64,000 nucleotides of DNA from an uncultured virus (IMG/VR IMGVR_UViG_3300012277_000001) (taxonomy: Duplodnaviria; Heunggongvirae; Uroviricota; Caudoviricetes), in IMG/VR virus record IMGVR_UViG_3300012277_000001, positions 1-64,000 of that record. One strand, written 5' to 3'. The translations under genes were made by a program, and so were the position numbers. The notes below the pieces were generated by a model. It saw only the letters and a list, made by a program, of their open reading frames with translations. It was not told the DNA's origin and made no database searches. Positions 38,377 to 48,190 of this stretch are shown here, in pieces; position 1 is the first letter of the stretch, and every line of letters starts with the position of its first letter.

Positions 38377-40266
38377 GTGGCCACTAAAAAATCCCCGAAA
38401 AAAGATCCGCAAATCGCCGTCGATGCTCCACTGACCTTCTCCACCATGTGGACCGCCAGCCCCAAGTTCAAAAACAAAGGCGCGTTCGTCGCTGCCTTGA
38501 AAAAGGCCGGGGCCGATTCGCTGGGCGCTTATGAGTTCTACGGCGACGAAGAACAGCGGAAGATTCTCGACGTATCCGGTTCCGACCTCGAAGCCATGCA
38601 CAACCTGCTGGGCGACGTAGCCGACGTGTATACGCTGTATGAGCGTGCACTGATTGCCTTCGAACTGTACAAGACCGGTTCTAACGGCTTGGCCGATCTG
38701 CGCAAGCGTTTCAAACCGTCCACCGTCAATTCGTGGTTGAACCAGATTTCGACCCCGAGCGAAAAAACCATGGAAATTCTGCGCGACGAATTCGATATTC
38801 ATCTGCTGGATGAATCCGTGGTCAGTGCTGCAAAAGTCAAAGCGGCCTTGGCCCTCGGCCAGAACAAACCCGACGAATCCGAGGAAGCGCCCATGGCCGA
38901 AAAACCCGCATTGAAAAAAGCGGTGAAAAAAGCAGGCTATACGTTTGATACCGTATGGTCCGAGCATCACCCCACGGTCGATGAATACGTGCGTACCACT
39001 TTCGGCACACGTGAACGCGGAATTTACATGGATATCGTCGAGGGTCACATTGACGAAATCATGGAAGTGTCGCCGTCCATGCTCGAAGCCATGCAGGCCA
39101 AGCACCCGCGTCAAGCCATCGAGAGCCTGTATCGCGCTGCCATCGTCAAAGCCAACGTGCACGCGCTGTCGGCTGCCAAACTGGGCAAGCTGATCGGCCT
39201 GTGCAAAAGCAAGACCGTTCGCAACTGGGAACTGGGAGTGGCGCTGCCTACGCTGGTCGATCTGGACGTGTGCCATGAACACGGTTTTTACCTGCTGGCC
39301 GGTTCGGTTCTCGAAATGGACGAAGACAATCAGCCACCAGCGGAAGAACCGGGCAAGCGTGAATTCCACGAAGGCGATGAAATCTTCGAATTCTTCAGTA
39401 AACGCGATTTGACGCGTTGCCCGCATCTGGCAGACGATTACGCCACCATCAGTGATGCCGGTTACGACGATCAGGAATATCCGATGCTGGTTAACTCGCC
39501 GGGGTTCCGCGCCATGATGGAACTGTGGCCTGATTCGTTCCGTCACGGCGTTGTTGAAGACGACGAAGACAACCCGCGCTGGTGGACCCTGAAAACCGAA
39601 AGTTTCTCGGCCCGCGTTTGCGATTGCCGCGTTGAGATTTCTGTGGGAAATGAAGCAGGCGGCTTCAGCCTTTGGTCGCGTGCCGAAAATCTGGAAGCGG
39701 CGGTCGCCCATGTGTTCGCCTATTTCGACGTGCTGTCGTCCGATCAACTGGGCGAAGTCATGCACGATCAGTTGGGCTTCGAAAGCGATCACGTGGCAGG
39801 TGTGGAATTCGAAGTGGCGGCAAAATCCAACTTCACGCCTGACGCCTTCTTTGATTCCACTTACCACAACGAAATTCAGATTCGAGGCAACGGCCAGTGG
39901 CTGACCGCAAAAGCGTTCCTGCTGCTGGCGGCACAAACGGTGCGCGGTGTGTTGTTCGATCAGGACAGCACCTATGACCGGTTCGAATCGTACGACGTGC
40001 ACATAGGCGATAATGTGGTACATGCCATGCATTTCAACAGCCGCGCCCCTGACGCAGCGCAAGAGGGCCTGCGCAAGGGCGGTGCAAGCGCACACGAACA
40101 CCAATTGCTGCTGGCGGCTGGTGTGGGGGCGCAACTGCACCGGCACGGCGTGTACGTCGAAGGTGGCGTGATGCAGCTGCCTTTGAGTGAAGAGGCACGG
40201 GCTGTCTTCCACCTGAACAACAAAGAAGCTGTTCACAAATACATGGACAGCATTACTTTCATCTGA
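38377..40266 (+). CDS. large protein with two XRE-like HTH segments
   Basis: STVNSWL..PSEKTMEIL and KLGKLIGL..KTVRNWELG..LPT; AGGAG RBS, GTG start. Confidence 0.65.
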   Translation: MATKKSPKKDPQIAVDAPLTFSTMWTASPKFKNKGAFVAALKKAGADSLGAYEFYGDEEQRKILDVSGSDLEAMHNLLGDVADVYTLYERALIAFELYKTGSNGLADLRKRFKPSTVNSWLNQISTPSEKTMEILRDEFDIHLLDESVVSAAKVKAALALGQNKPDESEEAPMAEKPALKKAVKKAGYTFDTVWSEHHPTVDEYVRTTFGTRERGIYMDIVEGHIDEIMEVSPSMLEAMQAKHPRQAIESLYRAAIVKANVHALSAAKLGKLIGLCKSKTVRNWELGVALPTLVDLDVCHEHGFYLLAGSVLEMDEDNQPPAEEPGKREFHEGDEIFEFFSKRDLTRCPHLADDYATISDAGYDDQEYPMLVNSPGFRAMMELWPDSFRHGVVEDDEDNPRWWTLKTESFSARVCDCRVEISVGNEAGGFSLWSRAENLEAAVAHVFAYFDVLSSDQLGEVMHDQLGFESDHVAGVEFEVAAKSNFTPDAFFDSTYHNEIQIRGNGQWLTAKAFLLLAAQTVRGVLFDQDSTYDRFESYDVHIGDNVVHAMHFNSRAPDAAQEGLRKGGASAHEHQLLLAAGVGAQLHRHGVYVEGGVMQLPLSEEARAVFHLNNKEAVHKYMDSITFI

Positions 40267-40270
40267 CGAA

Positions 40271-40309
40271 CAGGGGCCGTGCCGGTTTGGGCGGCCCTGC
40301 TTTATTTTC
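40271..40309 (+). terminator. intrinsic terminator
   Basis: CAGGG(G)CCG/CGGCCCTG stem followed by CTTTATTTTC. Confidence 0.6.
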
Positions 40310-40376
40310 AACACCGTTTCATCTTTTTATCGCGGTACGTTTGGCAAACAGCAAATTCGGCTTTTGGGGAATTTTC

Positions 40377-41006
40377 ATGATGTTTTACCATTCGGTTAGT
40401 GCTATGGCAAATAACCGGTCCATTATCGAGTCTTTTGCGGCAAAAATGGGATGGCCAGTGCAACAGGCATCCGCTGCCCTTACCGCGTACTCGACGGGTC
40501 TGTATTTGCCGACGTTTGACGAAGTAAAAGCGTTGTCCGATCTGCCGGACTTTGAAACAGAGTGGAAGCTGGCGCTGTACGCTTTTCACATTCTCGAATT
40601 GCAGCGGGCCGGTGCTGATTTGCAGGTGGTGGCCGGGGCCGAAACCGTTTCAAAGTGGGCACGCGGTAAACGCCTTTTGAAACCGATCAGTCGGCGCCGT
40701 ATCAAAGAACTGTTCGGTGTGGACGTGGACAACGTGCCGGAAGAACGCCGTTTCTTCTACACGCACGTAGAACACGCGAAGGTATGGTTTGATCCTCGGC
40801 GTTCGCTGCTGCACGCACCAAACTATGCGTGGTCGCTTCAACCTGTGCACACCGACATGTTTGTGGTGCGCGCAGACAACCAGAAAGATTTGCAAGAATT
40901 GGATGACGTGTTGAAAGAGCACGCAATCCCCACAATGCCCACGGGCGATTTTATCTGCGCCGTTATTCCGGCCACATCAGCGAGAATTTATTATGCAAAA
41001 CCATGA
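40377..41006 (+). CDS. hypothetical protein with XRE-like HTH segments
   Basis: ETVSKWARGKRLL..RIKELFGV. Confidence 0.6.
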   Translation: MMFYHSVSAMANNRSIIESFAAKMGWPVQQASAALTAYSTGLYLPTFDEVKALSDLPDFETEWKLALYAFHILELQRAGADLQVVAGAETVSKWARGKRLLKPISRRRIKELFGVDVDNVPEERRFFYTHVEHAKVWFDPRRSLLHAPNYAWSLQPVHTDMFVVRADNQKDLQELDDVLKEHAIPTMPTGDFICAVIPATSARIYYAKP

Positions 41007-41407
41007 AAAAGATTTTTCGTAACGGCCAGAAAAATGGCTGGCACATCCCTGCGCGCTTTGGAACCCAGCGCCGAAAATTCCTAGACACGGATTATGGCAG
41101 CCAAGAACAATCGTATGCGGCTGCCTTGCGTGAACTGGAACCCGATGAACCTACACATCGGAAGCTCGAAACAAAATCCCGTGCAAATAAAATGAGTGAC
41201 ACGCCTGTTGGCATCACTCACTACACGGTGAAAGACGGCAACCAAATCAAACACCGTTTTGCCATATGCAATCCTGTTACGGGGCGGCCCCACGTAATGT
41301 ATATCGGCAACGAAAATACCTACCTGCGCAACTACGACCAGAAGATGATCGAAGCCGAGGCGTTGCGTGAGCAGTTCGTCGAACAGTATAAGGAAATGAA
41401 CGCATGA
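41003..41407 (+). CDS. AP2-like DNA-binding protein
   Basis: GW...RRKF.D..YG....AAAL; N..S..VGI. Confidence 0.45.
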   Translation: MKKIFRNGQKNGWHIPARFGTQRRKFLDTDYGSQEQSYAAALRELEPDEPTHRKLETKSRANKMSDTPVGITHYTVKDGNQIKHRFAICNPVTGRPHVMYIGNENTYLRNYDQKMIEAEALREQFVEQYKEMNA

Positions 41408-42555
41408 GCAATTTGCAGGAATTCTACGACATTCAAATTGTCCAGTCGCCGTGGCGCCCGGTTAATTTCGGATTCATCGTCTACGATCAGTTCGGTCGTG
41501 TGGATCGTGAAATGTACGGCACCATTCAACCAAAAGACGCTACCCAACTGGGGATGTATGGCGTACCTGCGGTGAAAGAGGCGTTTATCCGCTGGCTGTA
41601 TGCTGACGGCCTCGTTTCCAAAGAAAAGCACGAAACGGTGACGGTCGAGGTGTACCCGTGGGCAGGGCTGCGAGTGTCCAATCTGGACCTGTTTCTGCGT
41701 CGTTCTATCGGTGCCCTTAACGTTGCCATGGGATCGACCCTGCATGCCTCTAAGGGCCTCTCTACGCTGCGCGTGACCACACCCTACAGCGTGGCACGCA
41801 TGGCGGCAGAACTCGACCGCCTGCGCCGCCTGTATGAGAAAGGGCGGGCACCCGGTGATCGCCAGCGGTTCATCGAGAAATGGGCTTCCAGCTTCGAGAC
41901 GGACCCACGCGACGGCCTGACGCTTTCCCAAGGTCTGGAAGCGGCTGCAAACTTCTTTGACGTGCCGTACGAAAAGATTCCAATTTCTGACGGCGATGTG
42001 CTGCACACGGTCAATAATTCCATGGAGGATTATTTCCCGATGCTGCGCATTCGTGTAAGTGGTGGTGATGGTTATCACTACTGCTACAAAATCAATCGCG
42101 ATCATTCGGAACAAACCGAAGTGTTCGGCAAGAACGAAGTGCGGGCCGCAATCGACTGGGTTCGTGATCATCTGCACGATCAGCCGGAATATACGCAGAC
42201 GCAAGCACGCACCATCCGAAACGGTGCCCCGAGCTATGAAATGTTCGAGGATTTGTGTGCGGAATTGCATGAAGCTGTGCCTGCACATTACGGGACGTAC
42301 ATGCAGGGCGCACAGGAATTCATTATCCGTCGTCCGAAAACCCTGAGCGGCCCGCAAGTTTTGGGTACGCTGACGTACTGTCTCGACCGAGAGGAAAACC
42401 CGTATTTCACGTGGACCGTGGAATGTTCGGAAAACCCATTTCTGACGCCGGGCGTTGAGTGGGCCGAAAAAACTACACACCACATCGAACTTCGCAGCCG
42501 CCAAGATAAAAAGGAATTTGCGGTTAAAATTCTCGAAAGCTTGAAAGTAATCTGA
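41404..42555 (+). CDS. hypothetical protein
   Basis: 383 aa, ATGA overlap. Confidence 0.8.
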   Translation: MSNLQEFYDIQIVQSPWRPVNFGFIVYDQFGRVDREMYGTIQPKDATQLGMYGVPAVKEAFIRWLYADGLVSKEKHETVTVEVYPWAGLRVSNLDLFLRRSIGALNVAMGSTLHASKGLSTLRVTTPYSVARMAAELDRLRRLYEKGRAPGDRQRFIEKWASSFETDPRDGLTLSQGLEAAANFFDVPYEKIPISDGDVLHTVNNSMEDYFPMLRIRVSGGDGYHYCYKINRDHSEQTEVFGKNEVRAAIDWVRDHLHDQPEYTQTQARTIRNGAPSYEMFEDLCAELHEAVPAHYGTYMQGAQEFIIRRPKTLSGPQVLGTLTYCLDREENPYFTWTVECSENPFLTPGVEWAEKTTHHIELRSRQDKKEFAVKILESLKVI

Positions 42556-42565
42556 GGAAAGTCCC

Positions 42566-43381
42566 ATGGATAAGAAATTGGAATTGCACCCGCACCAAGT
42601 TTCCGTGATGGAAAAGCTGGCAAACCCACATCCGTTCCAGCAGCAGATTGATTCCGTGCGGGCGTATCTCTGTGCCCGTTCCATTCCGTACGAAATGACG
42701 CCCACGCGCTACGGCTACATAATCGAGTGCGAAAGCGTACGGTTCCTGTTCAACCGCAAAACCTGCAACCTGTACACGGGCAGCATTCGCAACCCGGCTT
42801 CGATCTTCGAATGGAACTGGGAAGAGCAATTGTCGGTAAATGACAACCGGCTGCATATCGACCACTGGATTCGCCGCATGTGCTGTGCAGCGCACTACGT
42901 CGAAATGGCTCGCCAGTGCATCAAGGCCCCTTCGTGGATGCACATTCTGCCGACTATTCGCCCGGCCCGTGGTGGCCATGAATGGCGCGACATGGAAAAC
43001 GGGATTGAAGATGCAAAAATCCGCATTTCGGTTTTCGTGAAACTGGATTACTTGGGCAAAGGTACGACCCACTATTTCCTCGACGGCGAAGACTACCACG
43101 TCTGCGAATTGGACCACGACGACCGCGAAAGTGATCGCGTTTCTGCCCGGCATTTCCGCAACGTTATGTACTCGCTGGGTTCGCCAATCGGTTATTCGCA
43201 TATGGAAGGGCACGCGCCGCACCTCGAAGCGAATTTCATGGACGGCGGACCGTTCACCTTTGTACCTGCCAAGGGTACAGAAATCATTACCAGCGATTAC
43301 GTGTTGCCTACGCGATCACCCGAGCAATGGAACCTGTGGGTTCTGATTTGTTCCCACGATGTAAAAATGGAAGCTAAATAA
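42566..43381 (+). CDS. hypothetical protein
   Basis: GAGGA RBS. Confidence 0.8.
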   Translation: MDKKLELHPHQVSVMEKLANPHPFQQQIDSVRAYLCARSIPYEMTPTRYGYIIECESVRFLFNRKTCNLYTGSIRNPASIFEWNWEEQLSVNDNRLHIDHWIRRMCCAAHYVEMARQCIKAPSWMHILPTIRPARGGHEWRDMENGIEDAKIRISVFVKLDYLGKGTTHYFLDGEDYHVCELDHDDRESDRVSARHFRNVMYSLGSPIGYSHMEGHAPHLEANFMDGGPFTFVPAKGTEIITSDYVLPTRSPEQWNLWVLICSHDVKMEAK

Positions 43382-44088
43382 TGTCCGAAATGTCCTACCA
43401 AGAACGCATTGCACTTCTGCGCTACGTTGCCGAAAGCGTGGCTAAAGATCCGAGTTTGATGCGCGACGTTATGTCGGCCATGACCGAAGGCCTGCAAAAC
43501 AAACTGGATCAGGTAAACCAAATGCGCGTCGATGCGGAAGTCTCGGTGTGCTGGTTGCTGGACAAGGTGCCGAAATCGGCGCTGACCAAAGAACCGGGCA
43601 TGATGGTAAAAGCGAAAAAAGTCGTCGTCAATTCAGGCATGTTCAGCGGCACCGTGCATGCCCAAACGCTGGCCAAAGAAATCATGGTCGGCGAAGAAAT
43701 GGAAAAGCAGCACGACGAAGACTACAAGCGGCAGGCTAAAGAAGAGCAGATGGCGCAGGACCAAAAGCTGCGTGACGACCGCGAAAAGAATCGTCAACGC
43801 AAAAACCCGGTTAGCACCATTCCAGCAGAAGACGTAGCGGTTTCCGTTGCAACCGGGAATTCGACGCTGACGCCTTTCCGCATCGCGAACGGTAAAGGTC
43901 CGTACAGCCTGCACGGTTGGGTTTTGGTTGTGAACGAGAAAAACCCAACCAAAGCGCAGGAGCGTAGCTACCTGTATGTGGGGATCGGGGCGCGTGGGCG
44001 CGATTGCTACGCCACGGAAGAACTGGCGGTCGCAGCTGTGGCAAAAATCACGAAAATGGGCGAAGACAAAATGAGGAACGAACCGTGA
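43381..44088 (+). CDS. hypothetical protein
   Basis: ORF in array. Confidence 0.8.
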   Translation: MSEMSYQERIALLRYVAESVAKDPSLMRDVMSAMTEGLQNKLDQVNQMRVDAEVSVCWLLDKVPKSALTKEPGMMVKAKKVVVNSGMFSGTVHAQTLAKEIMVGEEMEKQHDEDYKRQAKEEQMAQDQKLRDDREKNRQRKNPVSTIPAEDVAVSVATGNSTLTPFRIANGKGPYSLHGWVLVVNEKNPTKAQERSYLYVGIGARGRDCYATEELAVAAVAKITKMGEDKMRNEP

Positions 44089-44504
44089 GCCGACAAATCA
44101 CGATCCACACAGATTGCACACGCGACGAAATCACTTTCAAACTGGGGTACAAATGGGGCGAAGCTAAACGCCCCATGGACCACGTTATCGTCGTGGTGGA
44201 TGATCCGGCCAACCTGCCCCCGCTTCTGGTATCGCTCGCAAAACCCCAATCTGGTGTCCCTGTCAGACTGGCAATCTGCCACGGCGTAACCGGCGTGCTG
44301 GATAAGGCCCGCGAAATGCGCAATCAATATCGCGGCCCTGAGATACCACAAATCCACGCTGTCTACTGGCTGCCACAAACCATCAAGGCCGATGGGTTCA
44401 TGGGCCAAGGCGCATTGCCAATCAGCATTGGTTCCGATAGTGTGCTGATGCAAATCGGCTCGCCGGAAATCGACAAAGTAACTATTTTCTTGGAGAAAGT
44501 GTAA
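44085..44504 (+). CDS. hypothetical protein
   Basis: GAGGA RBS, GTGA overlap. Confidence 0.7.
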   Translation: MSRQITIHTDCTRDEITFKLGYKWGEAKRPMDHVIVVVDDPANLPPLLVSLAKPQSGVPVRLAICHGVTGVLDKAREMRNQYRGPEIPQIHAVYWLPQTIKADGFMGQGALPISIGSDSVLMQIGSPEIDKVTIFLEKV

Positions 44505-44992
44505 TGGTCAACATCGTTCCTAAATTCATCACCATGTCTTCCGCCGGTCAAGGTGGCACCAGCGCCCTTTACCAGAAAATGCTGCAAGACATGCAACGCG
44601 TGCCCGGTCACGAAGTCTGCATGTTCTGGCTCATTTCGCAGGAATCCGACATGGTGCAGATGGCACGCCGCCTTGCTGAAATGAGCAGCAAAGGGTTCAT
44701 CATGGAACACGGCGAGCAGTTGGCAGCAACCGCACTGACGGCGCAGACCGGTTTCGATATGGTTTACGACGAATACCTGCGCGAATTCGTGGAAAAGCAC
44801 GAAGGCAAAAAGATTCGTGTTTATCTGGATGCACCCGACCTGTACGAACTGGACATGCGTACCATTGGCCATACATGGAAGAAAGGCTCGGCGCCAGTCG
44901 TTCGCTTCCACGACTACCTGCTGCAACGCCTGTTCAACCAAGGCACGTTGGAACTGGTCGGTGTGTCCTTCCGCTATTCGGGGGCCGTCTAA
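44504..44992 (+). CDS. degenerate P-loop-like protein (tandem family member 1)
   Basis: SSAGQGGTS; WLISQE; IRVYLD. Confidence 0.6.
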   Translation: MVNIVPKFITMSSAGQGGTSALYQKMLQDMQRVPGHEVCMFWLISQESDMVQMARRLAEMSSKGFIMEHGEQLAATALTAQTGFDMVYDEYLREFVEKHEGKKIRVYLDAPDLYELDMRTIGHTWKKGSAPVVRFHDYLLQRLFNQGTLELVGVSFRYSGAV

Positions 44993-45513
44993 TGCTCGCC
45001 AGACGAATCAATTTCGCAATGGTAGGGGCCGGGGTTTCGCATAGCGTGCTCCGGGCTGCCTGTGATACATACGAACGCTGCGGCGATGACCACTACGTGT
45101 TGGTAATGTCCGACCGTCAGAATCCCGTGGCGATGGCTGAAGACGTAATGCGCATTTTGGGCGTTACTGATCACAACCAAATCCAGCAATTCGATCTGGT
45201 GGAAGTGATGCAGGCCGGTTACGTGTTCGGCCACTTGCAGCGATTGGCTATGCACCATCCAGAAATGGAAATTCACGTGTTTCTGGATTTGCCCAATCAC
45301 ATGCAGTTCGGCATTAATCAAAACACCGGGGTTGTTGATCTGATTTTCGACGATGGTGATGCCACGCAGAACATCGAAGATTTTCTGCAAAACAATCCGA
45401 ACGTGAACATCGAATTGGCCACCATGCTGATGACGCCGAATGGCGTTGTCCGTTCGGCTGAAGCAATCGAGCGTAAGCGGCTCGCGGACAACTTCAAAAA
45501 GGGCAACGTATGA
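44992..45513 (+). CDS. degenerate P-loop-like protein (member 2)
   Basis: MVGAGVSH; VLVMSD; IHVFLD. Confidence 0.6.
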   Translation: MLARRINFAMVGAGVSHSVLRAACDTYERCGDDHYVLVMSDRQNPVAMAEDVMRILGVTDHNQIQQFDLVEVMQAGYVFGHLQRLAMHHPEMEIHVFLDLPNHMQFGINQNTGVVDLIFDDGDATQNIEDFLQNNPNVNIELATMLMTPNGVVRSAEAIERKRLADNFKKGNV

Positions 45514-46001
45514 AACAGGTAAAACCAGAACTGATCGTGGGCGGTACGCGTGAAGGCGCAGGCATGACTAATGCCACGTTGCTGACCCTGTGGGGCGATT
45601 TGCAAATGGCGCGGAAAAATCCGGTGCACGACGTGTTATTCGTTTTCCTGCATAACGAAAGCACGCCGCAAGAAACTCTGAAACGTCTGGCCTATTTGGT
45701 AGGCGAAGACGCTGTAAAAGAAATGGTCGCATACTTCGGCCCGCGTCTGATCATTCCTGATATTCAGGTGGACGTGGAAAGCTTAGCGGGCTGGTTGCAG
45801 TGCATTGAACAGACACTGCCCGCAACCCAGCAGCTTTGGGTCTATGCCGACCTCTATCGCACGTTCCGCCTCGGCTGCACCACGGGTGCCGGTATGGTCG
45901 TTCCGTTCTCGGTCGAAGTGGCGGATAAAATGGCCGATGCATTGAACCATGCGCAGGTGCGTTTCCGCATCGCCTCCATGTACACGCGCCTCGGCGAGTA
46001 A
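45510..46001 (+). CDS. degenerate P-loop-like protein (member 3)
   Basis: GTREGAGMT; VLFVFLHNE; LWVYAD. Confidence 0.6.
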   Translation: MKQVKPELIVGGTREGAGMTNATLLTLWGDLQMARKNPVHDVLFVFLHNESTPQETLKRLAYLVGEDAVKEMVAYFGPRLIIPDIQVDVESLAGWLQCIEQTLPATQQLWVYADLYRTFRLGCTTGAGMVVPFSVEVADKMADALNHAQVRFRIASMYTRLGE

Positions 46002-46056
46002 AACTGTAAACACTAGGTACAGGCGAGCAGTCCACAACGGGCTGCCCTGTATCTAG
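46001..46056 (+). promoter_or_regulatory. AAACTGTAAAC motif followed by 18-bp hairpin reaching the RBS of 46066
   Basis: CTAGGTACAGG-CGA-GCAGTCC-ACAAC-GGGCTGC-CCTGTATCTAG. Confidence 0.6.
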
Positions 46057-46065
46057 GAATCACAA

Positions 46066-46908
46066 ATGAAATATCCAGAATTCATCGGTGCGATCCGTCG
46101 TACCGTTTTGCGTGACATTCCCGCTTTGGGTATGGGACAAACCGGCTTCGTGCGGGTGGATTGGGAACAGTTTTCCAATCTGGTGCAGCGGGGCTTTATC
46201 ACCGGGCAGCGCGAAGACCTCGACGAATCGCGCCACTGGGGTGAGGAATACAAAGGCAACCGCGATTATGCGCAGTGGCTCAACTATTTCTCGGTTGAAT
46301 CGGCAGGCACTCCAGTTCACCAACCTGTTCTGAATCCGTACATGCGGGCGCGTGAAGGCAATGGCGAATCCGATTTGCAGGGCCGTGGTTCCTGCATGCC
46401 GGGCGGCCACCTCGACGCAATCGACGTGCGTTATCGGAGGATCAACGGGCAGCAAACCAGCATTCCCGATCTGCTGAAAACTTCGCTGCAAAACATCATG
46501 CGTGAAGCGTTTGAAGAAATGACGTTCTCCAAGGACGGCATGAAATTCCAAGCTTATAGCAAAGACGAAGACGGGAACGAATATCTGGACGCCAGCCTCG
46601 ATGATTTGGCCCACTTCGCAACCCTGCACTTCGAAGGCCTGATTTTCGACAACAGCGACCCGGTGGGCCGTTTGCATCTGGCCATCGCTTGGCGTCTGCG
46701 CCTGAAAGACGGCGTGGCCGTTGGCAACCGTGAAAAGGGTGTGGATTTCATCGCACCAGTTGCAGCACAAAAGCTGTACGAAACCTATCCGGGCGTGACG
46801 TTCGAGAACTGGACCAAACTGTTTGTCGGACACCTGAACTCGCTGCAAGCCGACGACTCCATCAGCCCCGACTATCTGGCCGGTTTTGGCTGGAAACTCA
46901 ACGCATAA
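46066..46908 (+). CDS. Nudix-superfamily protein (predicted phosphoesterase, COG4112/YmaB-like)
   Basis: Y.R....GE..L.G..S...GGHLD ... REAFEE ... GLI.D....VG.LHLA. Confidence 0.7.
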   Translation: MKYPEFIGAIRRTVLRDIPALGMGQTGFVRVDWEQFSNLVQRGFITGQREDLDESRHWGEEYKGNRDYAQWLNYFSVESAGTPVHQPVLNPYMRAREGNGESDLQGRGSCMPGGHLDAIDVRYRRINGQQTSIPDLLKTSLQNIMREAFEEMTFSKDGMKFQAYSKDEDGNEYLDASLDDLAHFATLHFEGLIFDNSDPVGRLHLAIAWRLRLKDGVAVGNREKGVDFIAPVAAQKLYETYPGVTFENWTKLFVGHLNSLQADDSISPDYLAGFGWKLNA

Positions 46909-46923
46909 CACAGGATTCAATTC

Positions 46924-47478
46924 GTGAATCAAATCAAATGGTGGGACGTGCTGTTTAAAACGCAGCGCTACATGGACTTCTGCAATCACGTAACGATCCT
47001 CGAATCGTCGATTCCACAACTGGCCCAGTTCGAACTGGTGCAGAATTCCCTCAACAATACGCAAAGCAAATTGCAGGAATCGAATCGCGAATTGACTCGG
47101 GTCAACAGCGAACTTCGCGGCCTGCGTGTCGAAATGGGCAAATTGCAAACCGCCTACGATTTGTCGGTACGTGAAGCCAACAGCCTCGGTGAGCAGCTGG
47201 CACGTGTGGTCCAACCGGCAAAGCCAAAAGCCACGGCAAGCTCTGGAAACCGTGGCGCATCTTCTAGCAAGACGGAGCGTTACGCGCAGCAGTATCACCA
47301 AGGGGGCCAAGTGCACAGCACGCCCGACGACAATACTGCACTGCACATGCAGGCCGCATCGCCCGAACCAGTGAAGTCCTCACATTCGCACCACGACAGC
47401 TGCGATTCTGGCCGTAGCAGCTGGGGCGGCGATTCTGGTGGTGATTCTGGCGGCGGTGGCGGGGGTGGTTGCGACTAA
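46924..47478 (+). CDS. coiled-coil protein with Ser/Gly-rich tail ending GGDSGGDSGGGGGGGCD
   Basis: sequence composition; AGGA RBS. Confidence 0.75.
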   Translation: MNQIKWWDVLFKTQRYMDFCNHVTILESSIPQLAQFELVQNSLNNTQSKLQESNRELTRVNSELRGLRVEMGKLQTAYDLSVREANSLGEQLARVVQPAKPKATASSGNRGASSSKTERYAQQYHQGGQVHSTPDDNTALHMQAASPEPVKSSHSHHDSCDSGRSSWGGDSGGDSGGGGGGGCD

Positions 47479-47485
47479 ACCAAAC

Positions 47486-47526
47486 GGGGTGCCTACGGGC
47501 GCCCCTTCCACCAAGGTACAATGAAA
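47486..47526 (+). promoter_or_regulatory. UACG-tetraloop hairpin + AGGTACAATGAAA cassette
   Basis: GGGGTGCC-TACG-GGCGCCCC then motif. Confidence 0.5.
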
Positions 47527-47703
47527 ATGGCTGATCAAAAGTTGAATCTTTCGTGGCCCAAAGAGCCGGTGCCAATCATACCGACGCGTTATGGTCCTTA
47601 TGATGGTGTGCAAGTTCGTTGGGTGCTCGTTAAACCGGATGGTAGACCAGAAAAAGGACAGGGCCTAAGTGACGAAGAAAGCAGTTGTAACAATCGAATT
47701 TAA
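47521..47703 (+). CDS. hypothetical protein
   Basis: short ORF in gap. Confidence 0.45.
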   Translation: MKMADQKLNLSWPKEPVPIIPTRYGPYDGVQVRWVLVKPDGRPEKGQGLSDEESSCNNRI

Positions 47704-48190
47704 CTCGTACGAAAATCCAATGTGGAGCGCGATGTGGCCCGCACCGTTCTTTTACAAGAAACGGATTTTCAAATCCATCGAACACATGTTCCAGTTCTAT
47801 TCGCTGGACCCCGGTGAAAAGGAACTGCGGGCCAAGATCCTGAATAGCTTTGATCCGTACAAGGCGAAGCACTTCGGGTCGAAAAAGGCTGGCGGTAAGG
47901 AGCGCGAAGACCAAAAATCGAAACGCTACGGCACCATGGCGATTGCAATTCGTGAATCGTATTTGCAGAACCCTATGCGCCTGTTGGCCCTGCTGAAGAC
48001 CAAAGGCCGGTTGGTTCATAAAGCCGACTGGGATTCCGATTGGGGCACGGGCAAGGATGGCAAAGGCGCAGATGCAATGGGCCGTATGTTGACCGAATTC
48101 CGCGACGGCTTCAAAGGCCTAAAGGAAAAAGAAATTCTGCAACGGTGTGCCGACCATATCAAGGAACGGATAGCAGAATATTATGGCTGA
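47669..48190 (+). CDS. NADAR (YbiA/gp30.3-like) family protein
   Basis: FKSIEHMFQ; P..AK..G; QNP..LLKT; DSDWG.G..G.G...MGRML..R. Confidence 0.85.
   Translation: MTKKAVVTIEFNSYENPMWSAMWPAPFFYKKRIFKSIEHMFQFYSLDPGEKELRAKILNSFDPYKAKHFGSKKAGGKEREDQKSKRYGTMAIAIRESYLQNPMRLLALLKTKGRLVHKADWDSDWGTGKDGKGADAMGRMLTEFRDGFKGLKEKEILQRCADHIKERIAEYYG

Noticed and set aside
42566..42620. LHPHQ resembling an SF2 helicase Q motif
   Set aside because: No downstream helicase motifs
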